A stretch of DNA of 64,000 nucleotides from Eledone cirrhosa. Its lineage: Eukaryota. The stretch covers positions 318,990,001 to 319,054,000 of the forward strand of contig OZ024743.1 in assembly GCA_964016885.1 (NCBI GenBank). Reading direction: 5' to 3'. Positions 41,438 through 53,898 of the stretch are shown here, in pieces. The translations under genes were made by a program, and so were the position numbers. Below the pieces are notes generated by a model. That model was not told the origin of the DNA. It saw nothing but the letters and a program-made list of their open reading frames with translations, and ran no database searches. Position 1 is the first letter of the stretch; each line of letters opens with the position of its first letter.

Positions 41438-41849
41438 CGTGGTCAGAGTAAGAGGTGTCAAAAAGTTGAAATTATGTTATTTTTTGGAAAAAAAAGGGAC
41501 ATACTCTAGGACTCGCCGACGGTCCTAAATACCCAAGCACCAACTCTGACTGTACTTTACCATGACTTACAGACTTCTGTAATTGATATTCATTTTGAAA
41601 ATCCCTAAAGTGACGACAGCAGGAAAAACACGAGAACAGAGACTCTAGCTTCACAAAAACAGCTGTAAAAATATGATGCAATAAGCATTCCATAGCGACT
41701 TTTCAAGAATTCAAAATTTAAAATTAAATTTTCATTAATTATGCTTTATTTATAGAAAATTTAAAATAATTGTTTCTACTTTTGGCGTTTCTTCCTTCTT
41801 TTTTTAATTCTCTTCCTATTTGTTGTTCTAAATGTATTTTCAAAATGCA

Positions 41850-42280
41850 TCAAATACCGGGCCCTGACCGACCACTACCTCTTTGCACCAGTCTCCATCG
41901 AGACCTCTGGCGTCTTTGGTCCCCGCACTTCAGATTTCCTCCGTAAAGTCGGAAAAACGGCGTCCTGCTTGGGAGCAAACCTCGTGAGGTCGAGTGGCTG
42001 TAGCAGCGGATATCTCTGGCAATCCTCACACCATTCTCCGGTAACACTTTGCCGTTTTGTTCGCTGGACGCGGCTGAGGCACCTCTCAGACTAGGATGTA
42101 GTGTATGTCCCCCCCCCGTCTCTCTTTCTTTCAGTGCTTGATCCCTTTTTTCTTTTTCTCCTTTTCATTTTTGTTTTTCTCTTTCCCTTTGTTACCTTTA
42201 GTCGCGTGTTTTGTTTTTATTAGATACTGCTCAGCCAACGGCTTTTCGTGAAATTATGAGATCTTGTATATCGAATAAAT
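41850..42280 (+). mobile_element. CRE-like LINE 3' end
   Basis: Manual frame KYRALTDHYLFAPVSIETSGVFGP...FLRKVG...REVEWL*QRISLAI. Confidence 0.65.
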
Positions 42281-42550
42281 TATAGTAGTACTGTTGAGGG
42301 TACAACAAATTAGTACACTTATAACGAATTGTAGAAGCGAATATCAAGTTTTCAGCTCACAGGTTACGCATTTGATAGTCTTTATTATACGGGTGGGGGC
42401 GTTTCATAGTCTTTGTAAGCAAGACACTGTTCCTAGTTTCGAGTTCATGGACTCCTGGAGGCCCACTAAAGTAAAATTAGGTGTTCGCAAGCTATATTCA
42501 AAATTTCAAATACTTTGTAAAAAACATAATATACATTTCCATTATTTCCA

Positions 42551-43110
42551 AGAGATCCTCCTTGACAATAGATCTGAACTGACCTCCAGCATTCTGTTCT
42601 GTTCTGAGAGACCCTCATTGACAATAGGTCTGAACTGACCTCCAGCATTCTGTTCTGTTCCGAGAGATCCTCCTTGACAATAGATCTGAACTGACCTCAA
42701 ACATTCTGTTCTGTTCCGAGAGATCCTCATTGACAATAGGTCTGAACTGACCTCAAACATTCTGTTCTGTTCCGAGAGATCCTCATTGACAATAGGTCTG
42801 AACTGACCTCCAGCATTCTGTTCTGTTCTGAGAGACCCTCATTGACAATAGATCTGAACTGACCTCAAACATTCTGTTCTGTTCCGAGAGATCCTCATTG
42901 ACAATAGATCTGAACTGACCTCAAACATTCTGTTCTGTTCCGAGAGATCCTCATTGACAATAGATCTGAACTGACCTCCAGCATTCTGTTCTGTTCTGAG
43001 AGATTCTCCTTGACAATAGATCTGAACTGACCTCCAGCATTCTGTTCTGAGAGACCCTCCTTGACAATAGATCTGAACTGACCTCCAACATTCTCATCTG
43101 TTCTGAGAGA
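42551..43110. repeat. 56 bp tandem repeat, about 10 copies
   Basis: Unit AGAGATCCTC(C/A)TTGACAATAGATCTGAACTGACCTC...ATTCTGTTCTGTTC; starts at 42551, 42607, 42663. Confidence 0.9.
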
Positions 43111-43577
43111 TTCTCCATCAACTTCATGCAAGTCCTTGAGACAAGCTTGTTTCATTGACCTCTTGGCAAACTCAAATATTGAATGTGTTACTTTCTTTGC
43201 CTCATCAACATTCAGGTTTAGAATGTCTTGAAACTCCAGCCATGGATCCCAATAAAATCTTTTGGCTGGTTTGGCAAAACAATAATTTGTGTGTTTAATG
43301 TATTTTCTGCTTAACATACATGTCCTATATACATGAGGTGTTGTACATAGATGAAGTTCCGTAAGGGATGAGTCTTGATAATATTTTGTATTTCCATGTT
43401 AGTACATACAACATTGTATTCTCCCTCCTCACAATTGACTTGTGAATATCTACTCAGCCTTAAGTATAATAATTTCTCTTTCTACTGCAATTATTATTTT
43501 ATTAATCTGCGATGTAAGTAATTCTAGCAAGGGATCGGTGGGGAAAAAAACATTTCAATAAATGGGGTCGTTGGTAG

Positions 43578-44390
43578 TGAAAAAGGTTTGGAACCCATTG
43601 CTATACCACTGCTTTACTACTGCCTTATTACTGCTATATCACTGCTTTACCACTGCCTTACTACTGCTATACCACTGCTATATCTACTGCTCTACCACTG
43701 CTATACCACTGCTATACCTACTGCTATACCTCTGCTATATCTACTACTATAGCACTGCTTTACCACTGCCTTACTACTGTTATATCACTGCTATACCACT
43801 GCTATATCTACTGTTATACCTACTGCTATACCACTGCTATATCAACTGCTATACCACTGTAATACCACTGCTATATCTATTGTTATACCACTTCTATATC
43901 TACTGCTATACTATTGCTATATCTACTACTATACCTTTTCCTATACTACTGCTATACCACTGCTATACCTACTGCTATACCACTGCTATATCTACTGATA
44001 TACCACTGCTATACCTACTGCTATACCACTGCTATACCACTGCTACACCTACTGCTATACTACTGCTGTACCATTGCTATATCACTGCTATACCACTGCG
44101 ATATCTACTGCTATACCATTGCTATACCACTGCTATATCTACTGCTATACCACTGCTATATCTACTGCCATATCATTGCTATACCTACTGCTATACCTAC
44201 TGCTATACCTACTGCTATACTACTGCTATATCTACTGCTATACCACTGCTATATCTACTGCTATACCACTGCTATACCACTGCTATATCTACTGCTATAC
44301 CACGGCTATACCACTGCTATACCACTGCAATATCTACTGCTATACCACTGCTATACCTGAAGTGAAAAGGTTGGGAACCACTGCTATACC
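43578..44390. repeat. 11/12 bp minisatellite (CCACTGCTATA / TCTACTGCTATA) bracketed by two hAT-like termini
   Basis: GTGAAAAAGGTTTGGAACCCATTG at about 43578 and GTGAAAAGGTTGGGAACCACTG at about 44362. Confidence 0.85.
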
Positions 44391-44849
44391 TACACTGTAT
44401 TAGTTTAACTAGTAGAAGGAAGTAGGTTCTGTGGTTTCTGAAAATTTTACCAGATTTGTCTATCATCCACTTAACGCTTTTGTAACAGGAGTTGAATACA
44501 GGCCGTGTGGTTCACGAAATAAATTTACTGATAAGGAACTCTAAATATTTTATGAACTGTTGATATCACTATGATATCTGCTACTTTCACAACGTTGACA
44601 TTGTTGTATTACCAGTTTCTATATGGGTGATATTTCGATAAACACATCATCGCCAAAATATCTATTCAAAAAATCTCATATTCACACAGATTTATCAAAA
44701 TCAAATAAAATTTCAATCTTGCAATATCTGTGATAGTGTAAAGTTTATCATATATTTTATTGATGACATATTTCATAGGAATTTATACACGAGAAAATAG
44801 ATTAAAAATTAAAGATGTCTTGATTAGATTCATATTAAAATTGACTCAC

Positions 44850-45190
44850 GAGGGTCGAATGGTTAAGAGGTTCACTTTGCAATCATTAAATCTTTGGCTC
44901 GATACCAAGGTGTTGTACCCTGGTCAAATTTCATTTACCATAGCCCCGGGTCGATCAATGCTTTGTGAGTGAAATTTGATAGACAGAAACTGTTTGGAAA
45001 CCCGTCTGTTGGACTGTACCCGTAATTCAAAAGGCCAGCTTTGTTACACACTAGGTCACGTTGAATCTCATTGAGAATTACGTTATGGATACACGGGTAT
45101 ATGGATTGCACATCCACTTACACGTTACTTCAAAGAGCAGACTGTTCCTTTAATCGAACAATTGGAACATTCATCGTTGAAACAGATGGA
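44850..45190 (+). mobile_element. Old SINE family A copy
   Basis: Degenerate tRNA head; body shared with 36856-36995 and 38360-38620. Confidence 0.55.
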
Positions 45191-45802
45191 TGTCCATTTC
45201 ATTATATTCAAGTGACCTAAAATATAAAATAAACAACTATGCTATGCCTTCTTTTAATTTACTTGTTTAAATTAAAATGGCAAGTTGTGTTCTACAATTG
45301 AAATATTTAGAATAATAATTAGATGTTAAACAAATTATAGATCTATATCTCAAGTTTACTTGGTGAAGAGGGTGATTTTGGACACCCTGCAGGACAAAAA
45401 ACAATACCCGACAAAGGGTGGAAGAACTCATAAGAGCCAACGGCCATCTAAAAGAAGAAAAAAAAGATCCTGCCAAATCAATGGGTGGCATTAGTTCCAG
45501 CTGCACGCATCGAAAGACTGGTCTGGTGGTTCTGAGAACAATGCGGCTTTGCAGATAATTAATGCAAATTGACAATGGAAAGTTGCTCCCGCTCGAGTTA
45601 GAAGAGAACTATTGACCTTCAGGAGAAGCAGTGACCCCAGTTTGTATTCAGTAACCGAAACAAATATGAAGTACACCAAATCCAAAACTTTTAGGGGCGG
45701 CCCTCTTTCTTCTTATTTGCGAGTGTAAACTCAGCCAGATTAGATTAGATTACATCTCGAACTATATAGACATTTGTGTTGGCATGCGTGTGCTAATATA
45801 AT

Positions 45803-45993
45803 TGTTTTCTACTTTTGGCACAAGGCCAGCAATTATCCCGGTGTATTACTGGTACTTTATTTCATCGACCCCGTAAGGATGAAAGGCAAAGTTAACCTCG
45901 GCGGGATTTGAACTCAGACCATAAAGGACCGTAACTCTATGCTGCAAAGCATGGCGTCCGACCCTCTACCGAAACTGCCAATCCACCGCCCTT
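45803..45993 (-). mobile_element. Young SINE family B
   Basis: 15 bp TSD GTGTGCTAATATAAT at 45788-45802 and 45994-46008. Confidence 0.85.
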
Positions 45994-47239
45994 GTGTGCT
46001 AATATAATACAGTGATGTTACAATTCTTCATTCTAAACCGAGGAGTTGTATGGCCGATTGAAAGCTTTCGGCCATCAGGCTAAAATTGGATAAATCTTAA
46101 TCACAAGCTAGAACTTAAAGTAATAAGTTCCGAGAAAACCCCCATATATCTATATGATTAATAAAATGAACCCTTTCCTTACCAAAGTTATAAATTACAC
46201 TGCCTATGATTTTCAAATCATTTTGAAAATAATCAAGAGAGATTTAATAAAATAACTAACTCTTGCATTATTAAGCTGGAATTTGGAATATAACAGTTGT
46301 TCTTACGTATATAGAATTAAAATAAAAAGATAAATTTTAAATATTAGAACTTTAAAATAACAACATAGTATCATTGAACTAAAGGCTGTTTTCGGGGGTT
46401 ATGTATCAGAAAGGTTAAGCTAGTGTTTGGCTCCTAACTTATAGGATCTGATTGTGATGAAATGCTTAGATTTAAATATAAACACTTTCACATCCATGAG
46501 ATTGGTTGGTCTCGTTTAGGGATCCAGCCGGATCAGTTGGAGACGGTTGCTTCTGACAGGAAGGAGCATTTGACGACTCTGCCCCAACGACCCTCTCAAG
46601 AATAAGTGGGCCAAGAAGAAGAAGGAGACGACAACTTTAAGATAGGTTTGTATCATAAAACCATAGGCTGTTTCACGTGGTCGAATATTTTCATAAAATG
46701 TGCAAAGAGAAATATTGTTTTCGAATACTATCGCCAAACCTAATTGGAAATCTAAACAATAGTTTCACCAAATAATTTTATGTGAGGGGAATGAAATATG
46801 TTATAATATATATTTGAACTCGATTTTATAATATATTCAAATTTTGCTTATTTTTCGCCTGGAAATATTATTTTACAAATGACTAATTACATCTTAAGTT
46901 CCTGCCCTTGAATTGAATACCAACGCATATGTACATTTAAACATAAAAACAGATGTAGATTTGATTCTATATTTCTCACGCCAGAAGTAAAATTCCATGC
47001 ATCTTGAGTATTAAATACAGTAACTAAGAAAACTTGTATTTAGAAAAATATCATAAAAATCCCCCTGTAAAGTGAAGGGGAAAGTCTAAAGCTATTATTA
47101 TTCAAAAATTAATCTATAAGATCGATTTAAAAAATTATATCATTGCACCACACAATTCAGAATTATAATGATTTAGGAACATGGCTGGCAATTTGACAAG
47201 ATGAAGGGATCGATTAAATTGACTCCAGTACTTCACTGG

Positions 47240-47285
<46 letters not shown>

Positions 47286-47490
47286 TACACGGGTGTGTAT
47301 GATTGTGTATAGAAGATTATATTAATAAAAGGAATTCCAACTTTGTCTGATTTACTCGTTTTATTTACAATCCTTTAAAATTATAATGATATTATAATCT
47401 TCAGGTTCATATTCAGTGGTGACAGTCAAGTTTGCAATTTCAACTGTCAACAAGTTGGAAATTGCAAACTTGACTGTCACCACTGAACAT

Positions 47491-47527
47491 GAACCTGAAG
47501 ATTGCGAAAGCATGAAAGTACTTTTTC
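47491..47527 (+). ncRNA. Very small hammerhead motif (stem I partly decayed) at the end of a ~110 bp hairpin (about 47395-47503)
   Basis: GAAC-CTGAAGA-tTGC gaaa GCAt-GAAA-GTAC-TT-TTTC. Confidence 0.55.
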
Positions 47528-47559
47528 AATTAACACTTAATATATATATATATACAATA

Positions 47560-50030
47560 TATCTTAATATCTTCAAACAACCAAATAACCAAAAACTTTT
47601 AACAACCTTAAACAACCAAATAACCAAATATCACATCCATAAAAGAGAATACATATCTATATATACGCTACTTTAGTATCTTCAAATAACCAAAGGCGGA
47701 CTCACATAAGGAAAAAGTATGTACAAATACACGGGCTTTCCCTACAAACTCGCAAGTAAGTTTTCTTAACTACAAATTATTATATACACTCGTTTTTCCT
47801 TGGATATCTTCAAACAACCAAATAACGAAAAACTATTAACATCCTCAAACAACCAAACTCACATCCATAAGAGAGAATATATATATATATACACGATTTT
47901 TAATTCTTCAAATAACCAAAGTCTCACTCACGTATCAAATATCAAATATCTTAAAACGCACACAAGGGTAAAAAAAAAAAAATATGACTACTGACCAGCA
48001 AGCCCACAACGGACGAAATTGGTCTGAAAATGAAATTGACCTCTTAATAAATACATGGTTTTCTCTGTCCCAAACAATAAACATTAACGCGTCATGTCTA
48101 AATGAAATTGCTGAAAAAACAGCTCAAACATTTACCACGAGGTCTGCTAAGCAGATACACAACAAACTAAAACATGTAGAAGTCTCTTTCAAACTAATTC
48201 AAAACCATTTTGAAAAACTTCGACATATTTACTCCAATGGACAAACACAACAACAGCAACAACAACAGCCACAACAACAACAACAACAACAGCCAGAAAA
48301 TCAGGAGCAACCACTACTGAATTCAAGCATAATAGCTGAATTACCGAATGACAGTATCCCTCAGCCACTCACTCAGCCATCAATATCGCCATCACCATCA
48401 CCATCACCACCGTCACCATCTTCTGCCACATCAACTACTAGTAATTTGACCACTGCTCTCTCTCCCACCACAGTTGTCATCATCATCCTCACCACTAATG
48501 CTTTCTTCCCCCACATCACCACCACAACCATGCCATAGTCAAAAGAACTTTAACAAAAAATCTATGGAGCTGTATGCACCCCCCACTACACATACTAGAA
48601 ACCCCCAAATATTCCGCTACTCACTACGTCAGAGGCTATGCACACATAGCGACTGTATATTTACCCATTTACTGGGTACTAGGCGCACTAACACTGCCAG
48701 CCAACACCAAAGCACGCTGCCCGCACGTATAGGTCGCAGTCCCAAAATCTGCCAACATTCCCAACGTGAGAGGCTATGTCTGCTGAATGACTGTCCCTTC
48801 ACTCATCTTCCTGGGACACAACGCACGAACAGAAAAGGGGCTCCATGCCAACCCACAAACCACAATAAAGCCACCCCTTACTGCGGTAATGCTGCTCCAG
48901 TCTCCTCACAAAGACATGATTACAACAACAAAAACAACAAAAGTAATGCTGCTCCAGTCTTTTCAAAAAGACACGATTACAACAACAAATACAACAACAA
49001 AAATAATGCTGCTCCAGTCTTTTCACAAAGACACAATTACAACAAATACAACAACAACAAAAGAGGGAACTGCAACCCTATCCAATGTTGTAACCACAAA
49101 TCCAATCAAAAACTAATCCCTGAAAATAAAATCTTTCTTTTTTTAGCCATGAACCGAGCAAAAGAGATAGAGAAAAACATTTTAGCCATCACCCAACACC
49201 ATCCTTGCTGTCACTAACACACAATCACAAAACAAGCCCCCTGAAACAGTCAAAACCAGCCACCACACTAGCCTCCACATTCTTACTCAGTACACAAGGT
49301 ATCAGCTCATCCATCAATGCACAGAAATGGAAGATCCAATTCATTGAGGATTGGGTTGGTAACCATCCATTTTACACCCCCTTCTTCATTCTTACTGAGA
49401 CAACTCCCACTTGGAGGCCGAAGTAAGAGTGAGAAATTTCACAACCATCTGTGCGGATCGTGTTGGCAGAAGGATGGGTGGAACTGCCATTTTCCTGCAT
49501 GATTCCTTTACGGCAGATGGTAACACAACATTCTCCAATGGCTACTGTGAATCAGTCACTGTGCACAATAAAGCCAATGACCTGACATTAGTTGGGCTCT
49601 ATAGGCTACCTCAAACACCCATAATCTGCTTCAAAGAATGCCTCAAAAGTATTAAATGCTTTATTAAACAGTGCCATTCTAGCAACATACTTTTGATGGG
49701 CGACTTTAATCTACACTGTGTCGATTGGTCTACATGTAGTTTGAAACCAGGCTCCACAGCCTCAACCACTGACAAAGAGGCTGTCGAGTCACTTCTTGAC
49801 TTCCTGAATGAGTTTTTCTTGTCCCAACTTGTCCTTGCACCAACGAGGCATCAGAATAACATTCTGGATCTAGTGTTTAGTAACCATACTAACACTATAC
49901 ATAATATTACAGTGGAAAAAAACCCTTCTCTCAGACCATGACATGGTTCTTTGTAACCTGAGATTCCACCAGCCGAAAGCTAATCCCAGGGTCCTCTTTC
50001 CAGCCCACCCATTTGATAACATGGATATCT
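47560..50030 (+). mobile_element. CR1/L2-group LINE 5' half (repeated 5' UTR, ORF1, APE endonuclease), ending at the Helitron
   Basis: ORF1 has Myb/SANT-like NWSENEIDLLINTW...RSAKQIHNKLKHV, polyQ and Cys/His motifs C...CPFTHL. ORF2 has APE motifs LTET, DRVGRRMGGTAIF, GLYR, MGDFN, PTRHQNNILDLVF and frameshifted SDH. Confidence 0.8.
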
Positions 50031-53000
50031 ACAATGTACCCGGGAATGCCTGCATATTCTTCCAAAGTAGCACCATGCAGTAAATTTGCGGCTTCAGAAT
50101 TCCTTGCAAACTATATGACTAAGGAATTAGGATCTGTGTGTATTGTCATTGAATGAGGAATTACGAAATTGCTCATCCCAAAGCCTCTGGATAAACAACA
50201 TTCTTGGTTTTACCCTGTGGTGCCACAATGAAGAGACAATCAGGGTTCTCAACCCTTGTTGTGCCAACATAGAGTTGACCATGTGAAAAGACATGATCTG
50301 CCATATTCAACCCAACGACTTTCAATGATTACCCTTGAGATTTATTAATGGTCATGGCAAAACTAAGTCTTTGAAATTTAAATGGAAAATCAGTTGGCTT
50401 CAGAGTTATTCTGGGAATAAAACAATTGTCACCAGCAAATTTTCCTGACATGATTGCAACCTCTAGAACATTGGACATCATATTTTTGATGATGAGTCTT
50501 GTGCCATTACAAAGTTTTGGAGGATCCAGATTGCGAAGTAGCATAACTGATGCTCCAAGCTTCAGTATCAGGTTGTGTGGAGGAATTCCCGCTTGTTCAA
50601 GACTGTTCAAAATTCAGTTGGATAGTTTACAACCTCGTCTGGAGAAGTGATTGTGTCAACTGATTTGTAGCATATTTTCTCTCCCGGTAACATCTCCAGC
50701 AGCCTTCTGTTGATTTCTTTCACAGAAACATTTTTAGGTGCTAAGATTGCTCGTTCACAGAGCCATTTCGGATCACATTGCCTGGTTTGAATGTTTGGAA
50801 ACACTCTGGCAATCAGTTCTTGTTATGTGTCAATGATATGGCCAAATGACAACTGCATATGGTCATTGGGGTCCTTTTCAAGAAGTCCATTTCCCAATTT
50901 AAGTAGTTGGATGGAAAACTCATTGACACCTTCGTCACCAGCTAAGTGCACTCGCATGTTGGTTGTAAAGATCAGCAGCTGAAAGTGGGGCCAGAGATAG
51001 GATGTTTTCAGACAGGCATTGACCTGATCAGCTCGAGTCCCTCGAAGAATTACAGGCAGAGTTTGTCTGAAATCACCAGCAAGAACCATTGTCACTCCTC
51101 CCATTATGCAACTATTTTCTCTCAGATCCCTTATCGTCCGGTCCAAAGCTTCAATTGCTCCTTTATGGCTCATAGTAGCTTCATCCCAAATTATCATCTT
51201 GCATGTTTGCAGAAGCTTGCCCTTGGGTGAGTTCTTCTTGATACTGCAAAAAGATTCTTCATGCCGTGTGAGATCTATAGGCAGCTTAAACATGGAGTGT
51301 GTAGTTCTTCCTCCATCCAGAAGTGTTGCTGCAATGCCACTTGAAGCCACAGCAAGGGCAATATGTTGCTTTTGGCGAACTTTTGCAAGCAGGAGGTTTA
51401 TGAGGAATGTCTTGCCTGTGCCAGCAGGAGCATCGATGAAGAAAAGTCCTCCCCTGTCATTTTGAATGTTTTCGATGATGTTGTGGTAGGCGTATTTCTG
51501 GTCATCCATCAATCGAGGTTCATTTTCATCCACAAACTTACGAAATGCTTGAATATCGTAGTTTGTCTCCTGAAAAATGTCTTGTGCTACCTCCATTTCT
51601 TCATCTGGCTCTGGCATCCCGCAGTTAGCTAATGTGCTATTCATTACCTGAACTCTATGGGACAGGTCACAGAGAGCTTGATTGTAAATCCTGGGAGTAT
51701 ATTCCATATACATATTGCCATAATGTCTTCGGGCTAGGTGTAGATAGTCGTCCGACATATTGTTTTTGTACTCCTGCCAGAGTAAATGAGCTTCATCAAT
51801 TCCACATGCTGTGAGCATAATAGCAAATAATTGTCTTATTTGACTGGCTACTTGAGTGATTGCTGCTTCTTCTAGGCACTTCTTCCAGTGTCCATTGTCA
51901 TGCAGGAGTCCATGTTGTTTACATGCTTCTTGGTATGTTGCGCACTCCCTTCCTCTGAAGCACCTAAGATCCTCAAATGACGTTGGTCCTCGAACAGTAT
52001 GCAGAAGTAGCCATAAAGAAAAACATTCTCTGTTGTTGGGATGGACATTGTAAACACGCCCAATAGCATCACTTGACTTGACTTCATGACCTTCCACTAA
52101 ATGACCCTGCTTTCTTCGATCCCTCCTATATGCTGATCTTGGGACATCAGCATATAGGAGGGATCGAGCAAATTCGTCATTCTGGCAGAGTTTAAAGAAA
52201 GCAGTTAGTATAGTGTCATGAGCAGTGACCTCAGTGAAGTACACTCTTTGTCCATTTCCCAGATGGACTGCGAGATTGACCACTGCTGGGTGGCGTTGGT
52301 GGATATCAAATCCAAAAATTCGCCAGATAGCTTCATTGCTGGAGATGTATCGACCTGTTTGATACCGTTTGACCTCATCCAGCCCACCATCATGGAGTTC
52401 TTTGTCAGTAATAAAAGTAGCCATGTCACTGCTCTTGTTGATATATTTATAGGATTGCCTTGACGGAGCTGCAATACTCAACATTGATATGAGCTTTTAA
52501 AAGTTTACACAACAATTTGTTGTGTGGGACGACCCACTGATTGTTTATGGTCGGCTCCTCTCCTCGAACTGCTAGACTTTCATTATTGCCTCCATGTTCT
52601 GGTCTACGCCTATAATAAAGGGGGTATCCATTATTGTCAGTCCGAGTTTCCCGAATAAAAGCTCTAGGATAATGTTTGCTGCATTTTTGATTTTTCATGC
52701 AGGGAGAGGCTGGATTGATGACTCCACGTGGACCATGAATGAGTTTGGACTTGATGGTTTCAAAGAGCTCTGGATCACCACCTTTATCAGGCAACTCTGC
52801 TGAAATGATCTTATCAACATCATCTGGCCTTATCTTCTCTTTGCACCAGATTAGTGTGTGAGAGTGAGGAAGACCTCTCTTCTGCCACTCAATAGTGGTC
52901 ATCCAAGCACTAACCTCACCAAAGATTCTTCCTTCTTTTAGGAGCCAGATGAGTTTCTTTTTGTTTTTCATGGAAAACCCGAGCAATGAGATCATGTCGA

Positions 53001-53810
53001 TCCTTTGGTTTTTGATTTTGAAATAATGCATTTAATATTTCTGACCAGTTTGAATTGGATGTAAATGTAATGAAGTAATCTGGCCGACCAAATTTTCTGA
53101 TATAGGCCATTGCATCTTGCGTACGTTCATGCATGTAACGTGGTCCTCCCGTGAAGCTTGATGGTAGTATGACTGGCTGGCCAATATTTCTTGGGTCAAC
53201 ATCAGAATTGATGGCATCTCTAAGGTGGATGTAGTTATCTGCCCTCAACTTAGTTTGATTCCTTCGCAGAAAACCCAATCTGTTTCAAATTTGGCTGGTT
53301 ACTTCTTTGAATCGCAGAACTTGGTTGAAGTGATGACGTACCATGAAATGATAAGCATATAATTCTTTGCAGCTGATTGATAGGTCAGTTTCTTGTACCG
53401 TTCCTGGGCTGATCTGCCGCAGCTGAAAATGATATCCATCTTGACCATTCCAAAAGATGAGCGGATATTGGAGTGAATCATAAGTTCTATGAGTTTCGCT
53501 CCAAATGTCCACTTCGTTTTCGCAAAACAATGTCACGTCGTTCATGCTGTTCATCAATCATTATGATTGCAACTTCATCAGTGACAGGTGCATTGAATCT
53601 GCATTCATGTTCTGAAGCTGGGCGTTTGTCTGCCCTAATGATGATTTTACGATCTCTGGTGTTGTGCTCGTGCGAAAGCTGTTTGGGTTCTGTTAGCAGC
53701 TAGACGGGCATGCCAAACTTCTTCACTTTCTTCAGATCGCTGTGTTTTCTTTCTCTTAGCCTCTGAAGATGACCTTCCATATAATGATCTGGAACGTTTT
53801 CTAGGCATTT
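50030..53810 (-). mobile_element. Degenerate autonomous Helitron (RepHel: HUH Rep plus PIF1 helicase); 5' boundary unresolved, may extend to about 55 kb
   Basis: Rep motifs FITFTSN, EWQKRGLPHSH and YINK; helicase motifs APAGTGKT, IIWDEA, GDFRQTLPV, CNGTRL, FAMTINKSQG and FSHGQLYV; many frameshifts. Confidence 0.95.
50823..52484 (-). pseudogene. Largest intact RepHel segment (PIF1-like SF1 helicase N-half)
   Basis: 553 aa ORF with Walker A GTGKT and Walker B WDEA. Confidence 0.9.
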
Positions 53811-53835
53811 GTAGTGATATTATTACACACCACAC

Positions 53836-53898
53836 GATAAAATAAAGTACCAGTAATGCACTGAAATAATTGCTGGCCTTGTGCCAAAAGTAGAAACA
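53836..53898 (+). mobile_element. Extremely 5'-truncated SINE B tail inserted just upstream of the RepHel start
   Basis: 17 bp TSD ATTATTACACACCACAC at 53819-53835 and 53899-53915. Confidence 0.85.

Noticed and set aside
42551-43110. CRISPR-like array
   Set aside because: Contiguous tandem units without unique spacers, eukaryotic context, no cas genes
43562-44403. 267 aa Cys/Tyr/Leu-rich ORF
   Set aside because: Translation of the 11/12 bp minisatellite
50823-52484. Host PIF1 helicase gene
   Set aside because: Intronless, frameshifted and fused to HUH Rep motifs, so it is Helitron RepHel
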